This document shows positions 49,866 through 64,000 of a stretch of DNA of 64,000 nt, one piece after another; positions within the stretch are counted from its first letter, which is position 1, and every line of letters starts with the position of its first letter. The position numbers and the translations under genes are program-made. This DNA comes from Dictyostelium discoideum (Eukaryota), in assembly GCA_000004695.1 (NCBI GenBank), contig CM000154.2, forward strand, positions 4,000,001 to 4,064,000, in the 5' to 3' direction. Below the pieces are notes generated by a model. That model was not told where the DNA came from. It did no database searches and saw only the letters and a program-made list of their open reading frames with translations.

Positions 49866-50042
49866 CAGCCATGGCATTTATTAAGTGTTAATGAAGATAA
49901 TCAAGCTGGTACTGTTAAAGCAGTTACATATGAAGCTGGTCATTGTGGTAGTTTAATTGCAACAACTAATGACGATCCAATCTCTTTAACAAATGCAAGA
50001 CAAGAAGTTTTATCTTTCTTAAAATTAGTTTTATCTCAATAA
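48204..50042 (+). CDS. S28-family serine carboxypeptidase (lysosomal Pro-X carboxypeptidase/DPP7-like), about 469 aa. Five exons: 48204..48471, 48555..48812, 48970..49483, 49577..49772, 49869..50042.
   Basis: Signal peptide, then nucleophile motif GCSYSG|ALSAWFRLKYP split by an intron, ..NGLLD|PWH.., and a C-terminal EAGHCGSL. Intron 2 contains an (ATT)n repeat. Confidence 0.75.
48844..48930. repeat. Intronic (ATT)n microsatellite in the S28 peptidase gene.
   Basis: Perfect trinucleotide repeat. Confidence 0.9.
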
Positions 50043-50103
50043 ATAAAATAAAATAAAATAAAATAAAATAAAATAAAATAAAATAAAATAAAATAAAATA
50101 AAA
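50041..50103. repeat. (AAAAT)n, about 11 units, immediately 3' of the S28 peptidase stop codon.
   Basis: Direct reading. Confidence 0.9.
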
Positions 50104-50216
50104 AAAAGGTATAATAATAATAATAATTGTATTTCTATTTTTTTTTTTTATTTTTTTTTTTTTAAAATGTGAATTTCATTGAATTTTTATTTTTTTATTT
50201 TTATTTTATTTTAAAT

Positions 50217-51059
50217 TTATTTGAATTTATTTAAAATTGATCTTGATGTTTTTGATAATTTTGAAGATTCAATTGGTGTTGCATCATCACAGATTGCTGG
50301 AAGTTGGAAATAGTCTTGTGATGGAGATGGAGCATAGTAGAAGAAATTGGTTAAGGAATTACCATCTGGTCCGAATATTAAATTACCTACACTATAAATC
50401 ATTGGTGTGCAATCACTGGTGACTAAAATAGTTTCAGAGGTATATAGTGACATTTCTGGATCATTAATTGAAATAACAGAGACTGGAGTGACACCAATTT
50501 CTGAACTACCAGCTGGTGATAAACTTGGTAATTTTGATGGAAGAGTTGCTTCTTGGTCAACAATATAACAAATTGCCTTATCTTGTGGAAGATAATATTC
50601 AGTGTTCTAAAATAAAAAAAATAAAAAAATAAAAAAAGACATAAAAATAATTATTTGATTAGAGTTTAAATTTTTTTTTTTAAATAAAAAATATATATTA
50701 ATAATAATAATTAATTAATTTACATTTTTACCGAATATCCAAGAATAACCATATGAGGTAGTATTAGTGTTGATATCATTTTCAACAAAACTATTATAGA
50801 AAAGTTGATTATGGAAATCATAAGAAACTAAACCAGTTTCATAGAAAATATGTTGCTCTGGAGCTTGACCATTATTTCCTGGTAAAAATGCATTAACACA
50901 ACTAGTGATATAACTAGTGGTAAAACCGACAAAGGATGAACCAAAACATGATTCATTTTCTGAATTGATATTAATACTTGGTGGTGAAAATGTTTTGGTT
51001 GAATATGCACCATTAAATGCAATAGTAAAAATTAAAATTAAAGAAAATAATAATTTCAT
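50217..51059 (-). CDS. Secreted protein of about 241 aa. Two exons: 51059..50724 and 50606..50217.
   Basis: Signal peptide MKLLFSLILIFTIAFNGAYS. The GTAAAT..TTTTAG intron (phase 0) joins ..SWIFGKN|NTEYYLPQDK... Function unknown. Confidence 0.5.
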
Positions 51060-51100
51060 TTTTCTAGTTTATTATTATTAATAATTTTGACTTGGATTGG

Positions 51101-51138
<38 letters not shown>

Positions 51139-52584
51139 ATTAAGAAAAAAAATTCAGAAAAACCTTTCAAAAAAATCATAAAATGGATATTTTAGATTAT
51201 TTTTTTTTTTTAGTGAAAGGATAATTCCAATAGAATCCATGGAGCATTTTATAATGTCAAATTTGAAAAAAAAAAAAAAAAAAATCATAAAATATAAAAA
51301 AATGAGTTGTTGTTTTCAAAATATGATATGGTGGGTTTGTAATGCATCAATAGGGAAAAAAAAAAAAAAAATATTTGAAAAGAAAAAAAAAATTAAAAAT
51401 GTTATTGTTAGCATTATTTGAATTTTATAAAGGCATGGTTTTCAGATAAAATTAATAATCAAATACCCCCTATGTGATTAATAACCCCAAATTGGACGTG
51501 TAAATGTTAATGATCTTGGAAAATTTTCAATCAAGTTTTTATTAATAAATTCATTTTCATTTTTAAAATTATCTTTATTAATTAAATTATTATTTGAATT
51601 TGAATTAATTTTATTTATTTTATTTATTTTTAATAATGATTCTTTATTTAATTTTAATTTTAATTTTATTTAATTTATTTTTTTACAAATAAATGATGTT
51701 AATATATAAATTAATTAAAAAAATAAATTTTATTAAATATGATTACATACTAAATAACATTTTTTTAAATATATATATATATTTTTTTTTTTAATTTGTA
51801 ATTTCTATTTTAATTGAAAAATAATATATTTATATTTAGCACGTGATCATAAATTAAAGAATATAAATATATATATATTTTTTTTGTTTTTGTTTTTAAT
51901 TAAATATTTATTTTTTTTTTATTTATTTATTTTTTAATTTTAAAATATTTTTTTTATTTATTATTTATTTTTTTATTTATTTATTTATTTATTTTAATTT
52001 TCTATTTGTACCGAGATGTGTATGAGCTAATTTTAAGAATAAATAAAAAAGTTTTTTATTATTTAAAAAAAGAAGAATTTGATTGTGATTTTATGTTTTT
52101 TTTAAAATATTGAATTCAAGGATAAATAAATCTTATAGTTGTGGTGTAAACACAAAAAAAGAATACTCCAACACATCCTCTCACACATAAAATACACACT
52201 AACGTACTTAATTTTAAAAAAAGTGTGTTTTTATTTTTTTTTTAAATTAACTATTCCCAAAAAGAAACAACATAATAATTATAATATTCGCAAAAGTTTT
52301 TTCTTTTTTTTTTTTTTTGGCTTTGGAATAAATAGTATTAAAAAAAAAAAAAATTCGATAATGATAACATCAAAATTAATATAAATTAAATAAATTATAA
52401 TATAAAAAAAAAAAAAAAAAGAAAAGATATATAAATGTGGGTTATTTATTTTTTTTTTTTTTTTTTTTTTTTTTATTATTAATATTATTTAATCAATATT
52501 AACAATGTTTTATGATTATTTCGAAATAATTGGAAATATGATGATTCGAAAACGAGAAAACGAATACATTCAAAAATATTAATA

Positions 52585-52615
<31 letters not shown>

Positions 52616-53590
52616 AACTATGAGTTATAATTTATAAAATTGTTATATATTTTTTATTTTTATTTATTAGATGATGCCATCATCATTTAATTCAAAAAAT
52701 CTATTATTTTTTACTTTTTTTCCTATTATAATAATTAAAAAAATGAAAGTATTTTTGAAATACTAATAAAAAGTATTAATCTTATAACTAGGAAAGATTT
52801 AATAAAACTACTTTCTCAATCTTGGAAATATTATTTAAAAATATTTTTTTTTTTTTTTAGAATTAAATTAAAGGTTTTAGAATAATGTACCACTTTATAA
52901 TTATTTGGATGTCTATCTTTGATAAATACTCCAACTACTCAACAAAAGTGGCATTACCAGTATTACTCTTTCGCAAATATGAAGGGAATGATTAATTGGC
53001 AACCCTAATCAAACCCAATGAGAATGCGATAAGATATGAAAATAATATTAAAAAAAATTCTCATCAATAGTGCATTTCTAATATGATAATTTTATGGGAT
53101 TTTTTTTTGATTTTCGTTATTTTTTTTTTTTTTATTTTTTTTTTTTTTTGACTTTCGTCATTTTTTTTTTCCCAATTTTCATTCCTTTTTTTTTTTTTTT
53201 TTTTCCGAAACGTTTTAATTTAATTTGGTAAATCCCTAATTAATTAAAATGTTTAAAAATTAACAATTAACAACTTAGCCATTTGTAAAAAATTTAAAAT
53301 ATTCTTAGAAATTAAATTTATAAATAGAATTTTTTTTTTTTTTTTTAATAAAGGTTTGTTTTTACTTTTTTTTAAATCAAATTTTGTTTTTTACTTTTTT
53401 TTCTATTTATTTTTTATTTTTTTTTTAATTTTTATTTTTTTGAAGTTTAATTTTTTAATTTATTTTTTATTTTTTTTTTATTTTTATTTTTTATTTGTTG
53501 GGTGTGCGAAAAAAAAAAAAATTGATTTATTATTTTTTTTTTAATAATTACTAAGCACATACAATATAGAATTTTAAAAAAAAAAAACAT

Positions 53591-53727
53591 AATAACAATA
53601 ACAATAACAATAACAATAACAATAACAAATAACAAATAACAAATAACAAATAACAAATAACAAATAACAAATAACAAATAACAAATAACAAATAACAAAT
53701 AACAAATAACAAATAACAAATAACAAT
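53591..53727 (+). repeat. (AACAAT)6 followed by (AACAAAT)n (about 14 units) ending 4 bp before the ATG of the M16 peptidase gene.
   Basis: Direct reading. Confidence 0.9.
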
Positions 53728-53730
53728 AAT

Positions 53731-57481
<3,751 letters not shown>

Positions 57482-58160
57482 ATTTTTTTTTTTAGTTTTC
57501 AAAGAAAATAAAAAAAATAAAGAATAAAATAAAAAATACTAAATAAAATAAAATTCCTTTTTAAAAAAAAAACTGAAAATAAAAAAATAAAAATAAAAAT
57601 AAAAATAAAAAAAAAAATAAAAAAAAAAAAAACACTTAAAATAATTTTCTTAATTTTTTACTCGATTTCTATTCCATCAACACTATTTTGTGTGTGAAAT
57701 CAGAGATAATTTATTTTTTTCATTTTTTTTTTTTTATTTTTTTTTTATTTTTTTTTTATTTTTTTATTTTCAGTTTTTTTTTTTTATTTTTTTTTTTTAC
57801 ATTTTATTTTTTTTATTTTTTTTATTTTTTCTATTTTTTTCTTTTCCTTTTATTGCGTCCATAAAAAAAAATAAATAATAAATATAGTAAATAAATAAAT
57901 AAAAAATAAATAAAAAAAATAAATAAAAATAAATAAATATTAAAAATAAAAATAAAAATAAAAACCTCCACCAATTGTTTTCCTCGTTCACACCTTTTTT
58001 AATTATTGTTTTTCACTTTTTTTTTTTTTTTTTTTTTAATATATTCTGTGTGTCTCTCTCTCTATTAGTTTTATTGAAACAGATATCTTCACATCATTTA
58101 AAAAATAAAAAATAATTTTAGAAAAAAAAAAAAAAGAAATAAAAATAAGGTTAAGAAGGA

Positions 58161-60793
<2,633 letters not shown>

Positions 60794-60969
60794 AATCAAA
60801 CATATATATATATTTTATAAATAATTTTTTTTTTTAAAAAGAAAAAAAAGGAAGATAAAAAAAAAAAAAAAAGATAAAAAAAAAAAAAAAGTAATAATAA
60901 AAATTGATAATATATTAACATTTTTTTAAAATATATGTTTTTTATTTTTTTTATTTTTATTATTATTTT

Positions 60970-61490
60970 TTATAATAAATCCATAAAATAATCTAAACCT
61001 TGACCAATTTCCCAAATTGAAATGGAAACTTTATATTTATTTGCTAATTGAATACGATCTTCAATAAATAATAATGATGGATATGTCATTGAAACTTGTT
61101 GATTCTTTTTATTTTTATATGTAAAAATATGTTCATGAGTATTTTGATCAAATTTTAATTTCTTTGATTTATTTTGTTTTAAAACTGAAATGAATTCTGA
61201 ACCAACTATTGCATCTGATTGGTCATTTTCACCAATTTTATATCCATAGAATGGAATACCCATGAAAATCTTTTTAGAATTTTTATTTTCTCCATTTGGT
61301 AATAAAAATTTTAAATTATCTTCAACCCAAACTTTTGGTGCATTCATACCTCCACTTGGTCCAAAATCATATGTCATTAATGAAACTCCATCAATATGAT
61401 TTGATAATAATTCAAAATCTTTTGCTCCAAATCCAGTTTCTTGTCCTTTTTGTCTGAATGGCTAATAATAATAAAATATTTATTATTAAT

Positions 61491-61532
<42 letters not shown>

Positions 61533-61671
61533 TCTACGCTTACATAAATAACTAAAATTATTTCTTTTCCAATTGAATGTAATTTTTCAGAGAGTGAAAT
61601 TAAAAATGGATCTCTTAATTGTTTATTTATATGAACTATACCTTCAATCACTAATCCATCATAATTATTTT

Positions 61672-61702
<31 letters not shown>

Positions 61703-62304
61703 TTAATAAAAAAAAAAAGAATAATAATAAAAGTGAATTAATTAATAAATATTAAATTATAAACTTACTTTACAGTTGAAACTAATGAGTCAATAAGTTT
61801 TGGATCAATATATTTTTGAAATGATTCTTTTGAACCCCATTGTTGACCTTCAAATGAAAATCTTGGAAGTATTTTTGATTTTTGATCAGAGTTTTCTTTA
61901 ACTTTTTCCATCCATTTCTTGTCAATATTATGATCACCTTCAATCATTACTTTATTATTTTCAAATTTAACTTGATGCCAAACTGGTGAAATATGTGTGA
62001 ATTTTTTAGCCCATTTAGTAGCAACATCATATCCTTTACCATTCCACGGTGTTATATAAACCAATGTATTACCTTGTTCAAAATTTTTAATATCTACATT
62101 TTTGAAATATTTATTATAATTATTTATAATTTGTTTTGCTGAAACATTCTCTCTAACTAATCCTCTTTGTTTAACATCTCTATTGGTTGTAAAATCTTCT
62201 TCTTCCTCATAAATTTCATTATCATTATCATCAGCATTTGTTACAAATGTTGATATCATTAATAATGATAATAAAAATAAACAAAGAATTAATTGTTTTT
62301 TCAT
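60970..62304 (-). CDS. Chitinase domain-containing protein 1 (CHID1) orthologue, a GH18-fold secreted protein of about 385 aa. Three exons: 62304..61769, 61673..61544, 61461..60970.
   Basis: Collinear with human CHID1: [83 protein letters not shown]. The equivalent of the GH18 catalytic DxxDxDxE reads YDGLVIEG. Introns GTAAGT..AAAAAG (phase 2) and GTAAGC..TTATTAG (phase 0). Confidence 0.8.
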
Positions 62305-62348
62305 TGTGGTAATTGTTTTTTTGATTTTATAAAAAATAAAAATTTAAT

Positions 62349-62390
<42 letters not shown>

Positions 62391-62453
62391 ATTTTTTAAT
62401 TTTTTTAAAATTTGTTTATATTTATTTTTATTTTTTTTATTTATTGAAAGTAA

Positions 62454-62834
62454 TTAAAGATTTCCTAAAAGAATTATAAAAATTATAAAAATTAGTTTTT
62501 GGTTAAAAGATTTTTTTTTTTTTTTTATATTAAAAATAGGTACCTCTTGGATCAATGAATCACAAGCATGTTCACATGATTCTAAATATTCTTTCATTTC
62601 AACAATTTTTTCATAATGTTGTGGGAATGAATTTTTGAAATCATTTTCTGCATGGTTTTGAATTAATTGAATATTTTCAGCACCAACAGCTTCTGTTAAT
62701 AAATCTTGTGCATAGTTTTCTGCATTAGCACAATAACTTTTACATTGATGTTTCAATGCTAAAATACTGAATGAACCCATAGCAGAATTAATTAAAACTG
62801 CAGCAATAAGTAATAAGCAAACTAAAAATTTCAT
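62454..62834 (-). CDS. Small secreted protein (126-aa ORF) with two CxxxC pairs (helical-hairpin or saposin-like). The 3' end may be spliced.
   Basis: Signal peptide [25 protein letters not shown]...CEHAC. Confidence 0.4.
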   Translation of the reverse strand: MKFLVCLLLIAAVLINSAMGSFSILALKHQCKSYCANAENYAQDLLTEAVGAENIQLIQNHAENDFKNSFPQHYEKIVEMKEYLESCEHACDSLIQEVPIFNIKKKKKSFNQKLIFIIFIILLGNL

Positions 62835-63430
62835 TTTTTTTTTGTTTTTTATTTAAATTAATTTATAATGTTTATTTAAAAATAAAATAATTATTTATAG
62901 AACTTTTTTTTTTCTATTTTTTGTAAAGAATTAATTAATTTAAAAGAATAAATTAAAAACTAAAATACGTATACTTTTTGGACATTTTAAAAAAAAAGAT
63001 TAGGTATTTATCTCTTTTTTTAATTAAAATCATATCGCAATAGTATTTAAAATTACACTTAAAAATTTAAAAGGAAAATAGAAAAACAAAATAAATTAAT
63101 TAGTCTACTATTAATCAATATAAGTATATTAATTATTTAAATTAATTTGTACTTTTTCAAAAAAAAAATAAAAAAAAAAAAAAAAAAAACCCAATAATTG
63201 TCTTAATTAGTTGTGGGGTTTTGAAAAAAGAAAATAAGTGGTAGTAACAAATATTTTAATATTTTTAATTTTCTTTTTCTCCTATTGTAAATAAATTATA
63301 AAATAATCAAAATATTATTTAATTTTAAAAAATTGGGTAAATAAATAAATTTATTTTTATTTTATTTTATTTTTATTTTATTTTATTTTATTTTAGCTTA
63401 GTTTAGTTTTTTTTTTTTTTTTTTTTATTT

Positions 63431-64000
63431 TTAATCCCAAGAAAAGGCAGATTCTGGATTCTGTAATTTCTTTATATCAAAAGCTTTTGATTTTTCAGAT
63501 TTAACTTCACTGACAGTGAAATTCAAATTACTCATTAATTGTTTATTTGTTAAACCGGGTCTTACAATATAATCTGGCTTTCTTTGAACTGATTTACTAA
63601 CTTGATTATCATCATTGTCATCATTATCAAATGCGAAAATATCATCAGTTTCACTTTTTTGAACTTTTGTTTGTTGTTTTTGTGGTACAGTTGTTGTTGT
63701 TGTTGATTCTTTGGATGTTGGTGTTGATTTTTTATTTGGTGTTTTCTTTACTTCCTCTTTTGTTTGTGGTTCTTTTGATTTTGGTGTTGGTGTTTTTGAT
63801 TTTTCTTGATTTTCTTTTTTGTTGATTGATTTATTATTATTTTCATTATTATTTTTATTTTTATTGTTGTTATTATCTTTTTTATCTTTGTTATTTGTTT
63901 TCTTTTCATTATTATTATCTTTATTTTTATTTGAGTCAAGTAATTCAGATAAAGAAATTGGATTTTCACCAACAATTTTCATATCATCATCAGAGAAATC
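63431..64000 (-). CDS. K/N/T-rich low-complexity protein, partial. The 5' end lies beyond the window edge and the stop is at 63431.
   Basis: The ORF is open to the window edge (..DFSDDDMKIVGENP..). C-terminal non-repetitive tail PDYIVRPGLTNKQLMSNLNFTVSEVK. Confidence 0.4.
   Translation of the reverse strand, partial: DFSDDDMKIVGENPISLSELLDSNKNKDNNNEKKTNNKDKKDNNNNKNKNNNENNNKSINKKENQEKSKTPTPKSKEPQTKEEVKKTPNKKSTPTSKESTTTTTVPQKQQTKVQKSETDDIFAFDNDDNDDNQVSKSVQRKPDYIVRPGLTNKQLMSNLNFTVSEVKSEKSKAFDIKKLQNPESAFSWD

Noticed and set aside
52672-52688. Perfect palindrome GATGATG-C-CATCATC.
   Set aside because: Too short to assign a function on its own. It is mentioned within the intergenic-interval finding but not called as a feature.

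Overview
The window is AT-rich (about 75-80% A+T) eukaryotic nuclear DNA with the hallmarks of Dictyostelium discoideum. It has long homopolymer runs, poly-Asn and poly-Gln coding tracts, short AT-rich introns with GTAAGT/GTATGT...AG borders, and a tRNA gene flanked by non-LTR retroelement fragments. It is not prokaryotic, so operon, CRISPR and defence-island logic does not apply and none was found.

Contents from 5' to 3':
- a TRAF-like RING/zinc-finger gene;
- a tRNA-Asp(GUC) gene with a TRE5-like retroelement fragment upstream, a TRE3-like fragment downstream and an external B box;
- a four-exon Argonaute/Piwi gene;
- a divergently transcribed pair of paralogous polytopic membrane-protein genes with conserved intron positions;
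- a GNAT acetyltransferase;
- a secreted cysteine-rich protein;
- the ASCC3-type tandem Ski2-like helicase, for which I found an extra 5' exon;
- an N-myristoylated TLDc protein;
- a small membrane protein;
- a predicted mitochondrial protein containing a strikingly GC-rich segment;
- monofunctional formate-tetrahydrofolate ligase;
- a huge poly-N/poly-Q protein;
- pantothenate kinase;
- a small basic protein;
- bifunctional trehalose-phosphate synthase/phosphatase;
- a Rab-like GTPase;
- an S28 serine carboxypeptidase;
- another secreted protein;
- a roughly 2.7 kb gene-poor stretch;
- an M16 metallopeptidase;
- an Shk-family protein kinase with a C-terminal SH2 domain;
- the CHID1 (GH18 chitinase-domain) orthologue;
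- two small genes at the 3' end, the last partial.

All exon-intron structures were derived by hand from the sequence. Splice coordinates can be off by 1-2 nt. At one locus (about 26875-26885) my transcription and the supplied ORF track disagree by one base. Functional calls rest on motif recognition from memory of protein families. No database search was possible.
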